64,000 bases of DNA from Klebsormidium nitens (Eukaryota > Plantae > Klebsormidiophyceae): contig DF236958.1 in NCBI GenBank assembly GCA_000708835.1, forward strand, positions 1 through 64,000, in the 5' to 3' direction. The notes below the pieces were generated by a model. That model had not been told where the DNA came from and did no database searches. It saw nothing but the letters and a program-made list of their open reading frames with translations. Shown here in pieces: positions 33,701 through 44,662 of this stretch. The translations under genes were made by a program, and so were the position numbers. How positions within the stretch are numbered: position 1 is the first letter of the stretch; the number at the start of each line of letters is the position of its first letter.

Positions 33701-34732
33701 AACCCTTTCCTGAAGCTCGTCTTAGCTCATAAGAAAAGTTCTCAATTCTAAAGGGAGAGAACGATTCATTAGTCAATCTTCACAACTGACTGAATAAAGG
33801 GGTGGTATCCGGAAACACTGGTCCACTTGGAGCAACCGGGCTTAACCCATGCAAGTTCATTGGAAACCCAAAGCTTTGCAACCAGACAAACTGCACCTTT
33901 CCAACGTTTGAATAACTCCTTTCTTTCGTTTCCCTAGGCTGCGGGCGCTATTGCCGACGCCCTCGCAGAGGCCGGCCCGGCCCTCGGGGCGCTTCAGGAC
34001 GCGGCGGCCGTAGCCGCGGCGGCCCTTTCGGACGCTCGCAAACATGTACAGAGTTTTGCTGCGGACTCGGACGCTCTTCAATCCGTCCGGAACGCTCTGA
34101 TTGAGCGGTATGCTGAGGTGTCGCAAGCGCTGGAGGAGTCAACGCTAGACGAGTCTCTGCGAAGTAAGCTCGACTCTGCGACGAGTTTGCGAGCGGATTT
34201 GGAGGTGGAGTTGAGGCAGCGCTTGGCGGAGTTGGAGGAGTTCAGGTTGATGGAGAGGCTGTCGGAGCGGTATGCTGAAACGTCGCAAGCGCTGGAAGGG
34301 TTGAAGCTAGACGAGTCTCTGCGTACTACTTTTGACTCGGCTTTGGGTTCGGGTGCAGATGTAGAGATGCAGTTGAGGCGGCGCTTGGCGGAGTTGACGC
34401 GGGATGTCGAGGGGTTCAGGGTGGCTGAGAAGCTGTCGGCCGCGCAGGGGGGGCTAGAGAAAGTCAGCATGGGACTGGGAGAGCGTTTGAGCGCGCTGGA
34501 GGACTTGAAACTAGACGAATCTCTGCAAACTGCGGTTGACTCGGCTCTGGGTTTGGGAGCGGATCTGGAGGTGGAGATGAGGCAGCGCTTGGCAGAGTGG
34601 ACAAAAGACCTGGACGGGTCAAGGTTGGCCGAGAAGCTGTCGGTTGCACAGGAGGGGCTAGAGAAGGTTAGCATGGAATTGGGAAAGCGTGTGAGCGAGC
34701 AATTGCAGGAGTTTCAGCGACTGATGCACTAA
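27749..34732 (+). CDS. Tryptophan/tyrosine permease family (Mtr/TyrP-like) transporter, probable plastid transit peptide, 7 exons
   Basis: Exons 27749-28699, 29281-29460, 30087-30204, 30665-30821, 31479-32283, 32702-32908 and 33938-34732, all in phase. Motifs GSLLGAVALITGTSVGAGILALP, LLLAEVN, PIIFLSLVYHDL, FSLLAISTSFIGT and GAYGMTTLYGIFP. Joining of the last exon is inferred. Confidence 0.85.
29671..29849. mobile_element. MITE-like foldback (~180 bp) in permease intron 2
   Basis: ~25-bp imperfect terminal inverted repeats TAGTTTAGGTAGGATAGTTTCTAGG / CCTAGAACTATTTTACCTAAACTA around a C/A-rich core; no clear TSD. Confidence 0.4.
34100..34700 (+). repeat. Coding tandem repeat (3 x ~50-70 aa amphipathic helical units)
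   Basis: Recurrent ALEx.KLDESLR...DSA...ADLEVELRQRLAE...RLAEKLS units. Confidence 0.8.
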
Positions 34733-36011
34733 GTCAAAAACGCGTTGACGATGCTTATGTGGTGGTGCGACACAGGTCTAAAGAAGATCAATCCGACCTG
34801 CCACAGGCAGGTCTACCATTTCAATTCTGGTCATAACAAAATAATTTTGTTAAGACGTGCCAAATATCAGATCCGATCTGCGAGCTACTGTCGCCGCATT
34901 GTTAGACACCAGACTCACGGGAGCTTGATACTAGGCCGTCTCATGCATGAGAGAATGCAGTGCATGATCGTTCTCGAGAATTTGGAAGACTCAACTGAGC
35001 TAATTGCAAGGCTCTGTACCGGAATGTTAATCTGTGCCGCATGGCCGACATGCATGCCTACAGCTATCTAGCCCTCGAATACATTGTGAACATTCAGTCT
35101 GAGTGCCGCGGCGCCGCAGTCAGTATATTGAGGAAGACAGACCATCATGGCACATCATGTGCATCATCTTACTAATTAACGGTCATAATCTGATTTCTTA
35201 TATATAGAACTGCATGCGAGATTGACCGGATCATAATTCTACGCGTATATGTCTAGTAGAGATCGATCATATCATATCTGCATTGATATGATATATTCCG
35301 CATTAGTACCATCGCACGGGCTGACGGTACGGACCCTGTCTGTGGTGTTTTGCAGATAGCACACGTATAATCGAGGCGCGCGCTCTCGCGCATGCGTTTG
35401 CACCTGAACATATTATACAGACGGTCCGCCGCCGGCTATATATGATTGCGCGCTCTTGCAGCAGATCGATACATGATATAATTGATAGTGCGCGAGTGAC
35501 ATATGGCAACTCGCGAATCAGCACTCAGTTGGATCCAGGCACTTGCGCTTTTCGTTCAGTAAAGGGCTGAGGGCCATACACTTTTTCAACTGTAGCCACG
35601 TTTCAAATATCTTTCAAGCAGAAATGGTTGAGCTTGAGTATAGCGCCTAAATTGAATTGCGATTGATATAGATTCTTATGGTTCTACTATGTACATTTTA
35701 TAGCTGTAACGGGATGCACATCCGAGGCAGTGCTAGCGTCCTAGCTTCTGGGATCGACCCTATTCGCTCAGGAAAAGCTTCGAAAAGGATTATCCCTGCT
35801 CTACATGTACGAGGTCGAGTCGAGACTCCTATCTAGCTCGTCCCTTGTGCACACGACCTCCTACTGAACAGCCCTTGCATTGTCATCGCCTAACTTTTCT
35901 TGCACAAACTGTCCTTGAAGTCAAGAAGCGGGCTTGGCAAGGTTTCAAACTCCGCATTCTTGAAATAACTTTGGCGCGTTGGCGCCACTATGTCTGGCCG
36001 CCAAAGCTCTC

Positions 36012-37825
36012 CTATGCGGAGGAGTCCCGAACCATGCTTGCGGCAACTTTGACCTCCGGTGGAGCAAACAGGAAGACACACTCTGCCAGATACTCCTGGT
36101 GCCTGTCAAGGGGGAAGTCGAATTTCGGGATCTAGATTCCGCCATCTCACACTTCTTTACACTTCTTCTAGGACCGTCTTCGTGACACTACCTTGTGATG
36201 GTAGTGGAATTATCGCACTTTCTGGCCTTTAGAAACAAGTTCTGAATGTATCAATTATTTTCCAGACTGCTTCTTTGCGAGTACCTAGATCACCTGTGCC
36301 GTCCAAAAGACTTCACAGAGAACAAGCGTCAGTACTTGCTTTGACAGCAAAGGCAACAGCTTGCAAGGCAACTTACCCATCCAAAGCATGGCAACCCCCC
36401 GCCACAAAGTCAACGCACCGCTGCTGTTCATCGACCCTGCAATAAGCAGAACCAAACCTAATTCAGAAAACAAGTCATTGAAGGACACTAAACGAATCAG
36501 GTTGTCACCTGTCACCCTTTGTTGACGAGTCTTGTTCTCCAACGAGTTGGCAACTTAATTTGTTCAGTGCTGTGGAACACCCAGAATCACAGCTAGCTGG
36601 TGGCCTCCTTGATTGCAATCCTGGAGAGAGAACTCTTGGTCTGGATAGACCGTAATGGAAGCTGCATATTCTCTGCCCAACGCTCAGAAGCTCGGACTGC
36701 CTTGGAAGAGGGGTGGATACTCTCAAAGCTCTTTGAAAATAGACTGATGGTGGCAAGCTGCCTCACCCTTTGACACCGTTGAGATTCAGAATCACTGTCG
36801 TGCCCTGCTTGAGTGCGGAGACTGCAGAGATGACCTGCAAGCACGCTGGTGTTTGTCAGCTTGTTGGGATCTCATACACCTCTGGCAAGTATTGACAGAA
36901 TTTGCAGATAGCCGCCACTTCATCCCTGACAGATTCCAAATGTCTCTGCTTGACCGCTTCTATCAACCATAACCAGAGTCATTCTGAGACGGTTCGTAGA
37001 ATTTCTCTGATAGGATAGAAGAGTCATGTAGAATCGAAAGGTCTGATGCTGGCCTGACCTCGCTAAAAGCTGTGGGCCACATCACTATGTAGGAGGGTTC
37101 TTCCTCAACGGCACGCTGCTGATCCCAAGTCCAGGGCATCAATGCTGATCGGACTCCCGTCTTAGCTGCAGGAAAGAAGCCTGTAAGCTTCTGTAAACTT
37201 TGGCATCATACAGCAGGCAAATAGGAGCTCCTCCTCAGGATCAACACTTTAGCATCGTGAGCAGCTTGCACCATCGGTGCTCAGACCTCCTCCTTCTAAT
37301 GCAAGAAATAAGAGTTCAAGATTGGGGATGGTTGAGGAAGAAGATTCATATGCAGGCTGACTTCTCTTTGTGTCCCGTGCCAGACATGCATCTACAGGTC
37401 ACGGTGGCCCTGCAGCAATGGTCTGGGTGATTGGTCTAAATGTCTGATTCTGCTCTCCATCTTTGTAATCATCATTCAGAACAGAAGAATGCTGGCATCA
37501 GGCTCTGCAATCTGTCATGGCAGATCCTTACATTGTGTCTGCGAGAATAGGGAAGCACTGTAAGTCAATCAAGCAAGCCAGCCAAAAAGGATGCACCACT
37601 GAACTCGCCTGGTTGTGCGTTGCTTCTGCTCCTGGTTACCCCAAACTTGAAACCAGCAAAGCTCCCAGCTGAGAATTTCCTAGGGACCGACTGATCTACG
37701 GCACCTGCATACCCAGCTTTAGTTGGTCTCACGAACCTTCTCTGCTCTGCAATGTTCCTGCCTGCTGCACTTGCAAAGGTGCCACTGTGCTGAAAAAGAC
37801 CGGACTTTGCAGCAGCCATCGCCAT
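36012..37825 (-). CDS. sepF: Plastid-targeted cell-division protein SepF (cyanobacterial YlmF/Cdv2 type), 5 exons, 180 aa
   Basis: Exons 37825-37609 (GC-AG donor), 37165-37059, 36834-36767, 36436-36377 and 36102-36012 splice to MAMAAAKSGLF...EPSYIVMWPTAFSEVISAVSALKQGTTVILNLNGVKGVDEQQRCVDFVAGGCHALDGHQEYLAECVFLFAPPEVKV, matching the cyanobacterial SepF core (VVLNL...QRAVDFVAGG.YALDGHQERIGESIFLF.P). Absent from the ORF track as a single ORF. Confidence 0.9.
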
Positions 37826-38621
37826 GCTTGGCTCCCCTCTGCTGGTCTTCGGAACAGGCGCAAAGCGAGGCAGGAACACAGATCTGAACCGCAACTTCAG
37901 CTCGCTTTCTTGCCTTCCTTCGACTTGTAAAAGTTGTCCTTGCTTCCTTGGTTCCCTGCAGGCTGCTGTCGACTGTTCAGAATCAGTGTTCAGTTGTCCC
38001 AGATCACTGCGCCTCCTTTCGAATCTCTGAAGTGGTCGTTGGTCTGTACGTAAGAACGTTCCGGTCAGCGATTACCGCCGATGTAATCTCAGCCACGGCT
38101 CTGTATGTGCCTGTACGGTAGATTTACTTGCAGCAGGAGTTCGGAGAACAAATGTGCGCGCGCGTTGTCAGCCTGGATTCAGTTGCGAGCGAGGCAGGTT
38201 TCAAGTCTAAGCACAGCAATTGAGCTGCAGCCTGAATGAGATGCAATGCAATGATGGTTTTCTCATGGATGGTCAACAGGCTGAGGTCGCTGCAGTCTCA
38301 GAGCAGCAGATTCAAGCTGAAGGGAGCAGCGCAGACTCAGATCAGCGCCAGGTCTGAGAAAAAGATAGTGAAAATCCAAAGACAGGAGAAAGGGGCGAAT
38401 ATCGTGTGAGTGCCTTTGAGCTCGCTTGAGCTCAGTTGTAGACTCCCAGGCCAAATCCAGTGCTTCAGCGTTAATGCATGGCACCCCGCCGGGGCCTGTC
38501 GAGCTAAGAAGATTCTATCCGAACATAGTACTTGACAGGAGAGCTCAAACGTCACATGTAAGCTCCTTAGCTGATTTTCACATCTGCCCACTTGGGCCAC
38601 ATTGGCAGTTCCGGTTGAAAA

Positions 38622-41600
38622 ATGTATTCGTCCAGGAACAGCAGCTTCAAGAGCTCCGGCGGCAGGCAGGCAGGAGTGAAGGTTGCGATACTTGCGACTG
38701 GACCATTCCATGCAGATGAGTCGGTCACTGAGCAGACGAAGAAGGTCCGAGGCTGCAGTACAAGGTCACTTCTTGAGGTATGCATCATCTTATCCCATGA
38801 AAGCCGTGTGCATCAAGCAAAGTCGTCAAGATGAGCTGCTACTGTAGCTGGCAGGCAATTTTCAATCAATGAAGGACAGAGTTATCACAGAATCATTAAT
38901 CACAGCAATCTCGACATCCTGAAATTTCAGGCATGCACCAGACTTTGCCACCACTATTTCCATGGGTAGATCCACAAGACTGGGCACTTGATTTGGTGTC
39001 TTGTCCGATCACTCATACAAACTGATTGGGCTTCAGCAGCCTTTCAAACCATCTGCAATTACTCTTCATGCAAGCAGCTAGATCTACGAGTCAATAGAAG
39101 ACGATGAAACGCAACATTAATTTGCTTTTTTTTGTTTTGTTGTTTGTTTGTTTACTTAGCTACTTCGCTTCTGCAGCTCAACGGCCTGCCCCTGCTGTCC
39201 TACTGGCTGGCGCTCATCAAGCAGTGCCCCCGCCTTGCGCCGATTGAGCAGAATGTTTTCGTGCTCTGCAATAACAGCAACGAAGGTGGGCTCCTTGCTT
39301 CCTATTGATACTACTTAGAGCTGTTTTATGCACCTGCATAAAGAGCCATCACCTACGTACTTTTCGAGTCGGAGAAGCGGACTTTAGTACGACCAATGAA
39401 GCTGAAGTCAGATGCCGTCTAGACCATCTCCATGTCAATTAGAGATGGACTCGGTTTTAAAGCTGCGGCAAAGACCTCGGACATGAGATCCAGCACTCTG
39501 CAGAATTACGAAAAGACTTGACTTCTTTCTTGAAAGCTTTCTTCGAGTCGATTAGCTGTAGTTTCCAACGCTGCAGCAATGTCCACGGTTTTCCTTTCAT
39601 ATCCTTCCGCTTTTGACAACGATTCATGCTTTCCTTCTCAGTAAGTCAATTTGTCACCCTTGCCTTCAGCTTTAAGGACAATCCTAGGGAAGTCAAATTC
39701 TGAAGCACGTTCAATCTTAGCAAAATCTGTCATAGGCAATCTATCAGAGGCAATTCTGTAGATCTTCACTGCACCCAATCACGAAGTGCTATCAGCCGAC
39801 ATCATTTGTCACACGTCACTTGCAGAGGAGCTTCGTCACTGGGCTTCGGATCCGAGTAAGCCCGCTGGAGGCTTCCCCGTGGATAACATCTGCAGCAACG
39901 GGGCCAGTACGAGTGGCAGCGATACCAGCGACCTGCAAGCCTGGATCGACTCCCGTGGGGTCGCTGAAAACCTGCTGATAGTCTCGGGGGATGCGGTATT
40001 CTCGCCGCAGTTCAACTTCAACCGGATCGTGGAGCACTCTCTGATTAGGGGGACGGACACTGTCACCTTTGTGGTAAGTCCGCAGCTTCGAGAAAAAGTG
40101 CTTAACTTGGAAGTACCTCCTCAAAAATCGCGTTGTTTTCTCGAAGCGAAGTTGGTATAAGCTCAATAAGAGGAGTTGCTAAACCCAAGCAGGGGTCCGA
40201 GCTCTCCGTTGTTGACTTGCTCGGCGTTTCAACGTGCCAAAAATCGTTTCCTCATTCCAGCGAAGAAGACCGCGCGTGGCATATTCGAAGGCCTTTGAAA
40301 GGTCTCGGAGCAAACTTGCTACTTTGGAGCAGACCCTAGCTTCATTCGACGGACTTTCTGTCCGTATGGAAGAATCTACCAAGAACGTATATTGGCAGCT
40401 GTACGTGTACGTAGATGGTTCGCCCCAGGCTATGCTCGCAGGAAGGCCAAAAGTCAAAAATGAAACAAATTCTCGTCTATCTCAGCACACGGCAGCAGAA
40501 CGAGTAAAATCACTGATTTGGGCCCGCCTTTGCAGCATTGCAATGATAAGCTGGCTTTGCCACCTGGCTGGCCGCGGCTGATACTGGACTCCGACGGGCA
40601 GGGCGCCCAAAATCCGAATCCTAGGGTACGTCCGCCCATCCTAGTTACTCGCCGACTCTGCGTTTGAACCCTCTTGCACCAAATCTCCAGGTCCTTCTCG
40701 AGCAAATGTTCTTCACATGTTATGTCTTCACTGTGTGGAGCCCGCTCGTCCAGCACTTCATAATGCTCACTTTATAGACTTTCGGTTCCTTTGATCAAGA
40801 AGCTCAACCTCGTCGTCCACAGCCTAATGACGTCACCGCATGCATGACGCGCGTCCTGCTTGACTGTGCTTTCGCAGCTCAAACTTATCCAACTTCGCTT
40901 CCAAAATACACGCGGAAGGCATACTTTGCTTCCACAACCACGGCTGACATCTGTTTTCATCTCCAGGTCGCTCAAATCGACCTCACCGGTGAAAGCGGCT
41001 CGGAGCTGACCGTCACGCCGTTGATCTTCCTGCGGGATACATCGCTATGCCATTTGCGGGAGTGCCAGTCGCAACGCGCTCGCAGCGAAACCTCGGACCT
41101 GGGGGAGTTTTTGCATTTTCTCAGCACCCAGGTAAACCGCATTACAGACCCAGTACGAACCTGCGATGCTTTCGATGTTAGCCTTGCCAATCGCAGGCGG
41201 TGTCTCTCTACCGTATTCTCTCGTCGTACTTTCGTGTCACCTTCAAACATAATCCGAGCGCTTGAATTTCACAGAAGAACGATGCAGAGCTTTCGTCATC
41301 ACCAGTAAAACTAGACAGTGCTTGACGGATTGCTCATCAAAGCTACGCCGAGATTCGCTCGGAGACTCAACGGATACCTAGGACATCCGTCTCATCGCCC
41401 CGACAAGCATCTGCTAAATGGGCCGCAAAAAGAAATAGAAAGCTTCGCTGGTCGCCCGCACAAGAACATCAAAAGACGTCCCTTGACGCTCGTAGCAATC
41501 AATTTGCAGTTTTAGAATACCCAAACGTTAGAAGTCCTGAAACCTCCGTTCCATGATTGTTGCAGGAGCCCATCTTTGCTTTGGAGACAATCGGTCTCTT

Positions 41601-43636
41601 TAATGTATCCACGCCGGAGCAAGCAGAGTACGCGGATCAGTTTTTCAGAGTGAGTCGAGGCTCGCTTTTGGTTCATTTTGGAGTCAGCGCCAGCAGAACA
41701 CAATAACTTCTTTCCTTGCAATTATCATTCCGTTCTACAAGTTTGACAGGTGTTCGTACGACTAGTATACGTGCTGCAAATGCGGTCTGGTGGACACATT
41801 TTCGTAAGCCACCGCTTGACCGTGCTGCAAACTTTCAGAAGGGATAAATACGGAAGGAAGAGCGTATGCGGCTGTTTAAGAAGATAACCTTAGCATCTGA
41901 CCTCTGGTTTCGTGTACATCGTACGAGTTTCGCACCTTTCTGTTGGACGTCCTATGGATGCATCTTTTCCCGACTCATTGGTCTTAGTCCTCAGGTTCTT
42001 TCACAGAGTTCTCAAAGAACAAAAACCTTTTTCGGCTCACAGCAGGAGAAAGATTGAGCCTTCGGTTGCAATCTTTTGATTCTCTCGCCCAGGTTAAAAT
42101 ATAAATCGTCGACGCAGAGTCCGACGTGGTGAATACGTCTCCTTACACAGTCCCCTGTGAATCCAACCTTCTTCGGTGCCACATTCAATTTGATCCGACG
42201 TTATAACACCTTTGATGTTATATAATCTTAATCTAGATCTTCCGATCTCTGATCTGACGTTTCTCTTCCGTCAGATGTATGCTCGCGAGCTGCGCTTGCA
42301 AAAGGAGGGCGTCCGAAACATCAAGCACACAGAGAGCAACGTCCAGCTCAAGCTGGACGCGACGGCCGGCTCGCCGCTGACTTCACATGATGCCGGGCCG
42401 ACGTCATCAAGCACCGGCCGCAGCCTGAGCTCCACCGAACGGACCGCCAGTCTCGGATCTCAGTCGGGGAGCAGGATCGGTGTGACAGCTGCTGACATGC
42501 TGCGGGTGCGTGAAGTGATTAAAAGGCCGTTTTACCTGCTCAATCAGTGGGAGAAATGCTCCTTTTTGAGGAGTCGTGTTTGTTTCGTCATCCATGCGAA
42601 AGTTTGACGAAGGCTAATGTACCTTTCAGCAAATCCTCTCCCTCGCGAGAGCAAACAAAAGAAAATAACGACCGATTGCAACGTTGTGATTGAAAGGCGA
42701 AATGAAAACAGGCGGAAAAGGACGGACCTTATGATGCTGCAGATGGGCGATATCGGCCCCCTTCCGCTGCACGACATCATTAGCACGTTCCGGGAACGGT
42801 ATGCGGGCGCCCAGGCGGAACGGATCGAGAGGGAGCGGAACGAGCCGAAGCTGCCACCCCGATTCGAGGACGCAAGTGCGTGAGATGTTCCCTCTGCTTT
42901 TATTATTGAACTTTCCTGCATTTTACTTCTGGTGCTTGGTATGCATGACTCTGTGTAAATGCGGAGTCCGTTCAGAGGACCTCTTAAAGAAAGTTGCCAT
43001 TGACTGGCGTCCGGCGATACTGGACCCGCCGTTGACGCCTTCCGTCAAACCCTCTTGCGGTCCGTTGTTCAGCCTGATCAATGTCTTTTCAGCGACGGGG
43101 TTCAAAGCTTCGGTTACGTTGCGAAGGCTTAGAGTAGCTTCTTGCCCCACGAATTTTCATCGCGACGGCTTGTGCGTACAAGCACCCAAACCGAGACGCC
43201 AGGAGGATTCCCCGCGCTTGAGATCGCAAATCGCAGAATCTCCCTATCATCTTACTGTTTTCAATCTACCATCGTCGTGCGGGTACGCTCCAGTGGAAGG
43301 CCAAGCAGGAGTACCCGGTGTTCTGCCCTTGGGCATACAAACCGACAAGAGCGCCAGGGGGATCCCCCGCGCTCGAAACTATTGCCTCACCATTATCAGC
43401 TTTTGTTTCTAGGTATGTTCCAGTGGAAGGCAAAGCAGGAGCACCCGGTGTTCACCACCAGCAGCAACGCGTACGGCAAGAAGGGGCCGACGCAGCACGA
43501 GATGCCGCTCAAGTGGTCCGGCGTGAAGGGCGAGTTCACGAGCACGCAGTTCGCGGGCGGGCCCAGCAAGGGCACCACGGGTTTCAACACGTCGGTGACC
43601 AAGTCCAAAGTGCACAAGCTGATGGACGACTTTTGA
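38622..43636 (+). CDS. FAP182: FAP182-like axonemal protein: nucleotidyltransferase-like N-terminal domain + C-terminal PIERCE1/C9orf116 domain
   Basis: Exons include 38622-38777 (VKVAILATG), 39177-39285 (LNGLPLLSYWL), 39826-40073 (NLLIVSGDAVF), ~40967-41130, ~42276-42510, ~42713-42876 and ~43413-43636 (QEHPVFTTSSNAYGKKGPTQHEMPLKWSGVKGEFTS..F..G, the PIERCE motif). Some middle exons are uncertain. Confidence 0.75.
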
Positions 43637-44662
43637 AGTTCGGCGTGCATGCGTGCGGCTTGCCTTCACTTCAACGTTGGTTCTAAGGAATGTATTCGGT
43701 TTTGATCTGCCGCGCTTTATATGAAATTGGACCGGCCGGGGCGTCGCATGTGGCGGTCAGCTGAAAATGCTTAGAATCCTAGTGTAACCCTAACTCCTCC
43801 CTAACTAATGATCGCGGCTGCCCATGCATCATGGAGTCTGCGCTCCTAGCTTTGGACATGAGTCTCTTATGGAAGGGTTGCATTGCCAGTAAAGTGCCGT
43901 CACTGCCATGGCATGTACGTGTAAGAATGCACCGTCGCCAGCTGAGTTCAGACGGTCCAGATTCGGTGCACACGGATTCTAAGATCCGTGTCCCTGGTCG
44001 GACTCGGCATACATCGAATTTTGATGCTCATGGCGCAGACTCCAAAATCGATTGCGGCTGCCAGCTAGCTAGATCCGCGTCCCGCTCAGCAAATGATGGC
44101 ACGGCGGGACCAGAACAAACCACCTGAAGTTCCCTATAGCCAGTGCAAGTTTCTGCGAATGTTGAGGCCATGCTTTCATTGACGTACCGTCTTCGAGTGC
44201 GCTGCAGTCCTGCTACTATAGTCCTCGATGCAGAACATGCATATTGGCGGTTAAGCTGGATTTGCAATTGACATGCCATCATGATGACGAAATCCAAATC
44301 AGTGTGCAGAGGCATGCGATGGAATTCTAGGTTTGCCGGCCCTATCTGAAAGGATTCAGCGAAAGACATGTACTCGAAGGCAAGTTACAAGGGGGAGCCT
44401 AGCATGAAGCAAGGAGGTATGTTTCACTCAGGCTTCAGCATCTTCAGGAATGTCAAAAGGCTAAGCAATGCTTTGTTTTTCCCCCGATCCTTTGAGAATC
44501 TTTCGCTCTATATTACAATGACGACCTGAGATGAGAAGATTGTCCTACGGTCAATGCGCTCGCCCAATGCTCTTGATTACCAATTGAATCTTGACACTTG
44601 AACAACTCCTGTCCTTTTTTCTAGTCAACATGCTCGACCTGCGTTGCGCTTCAACTCGGCAC

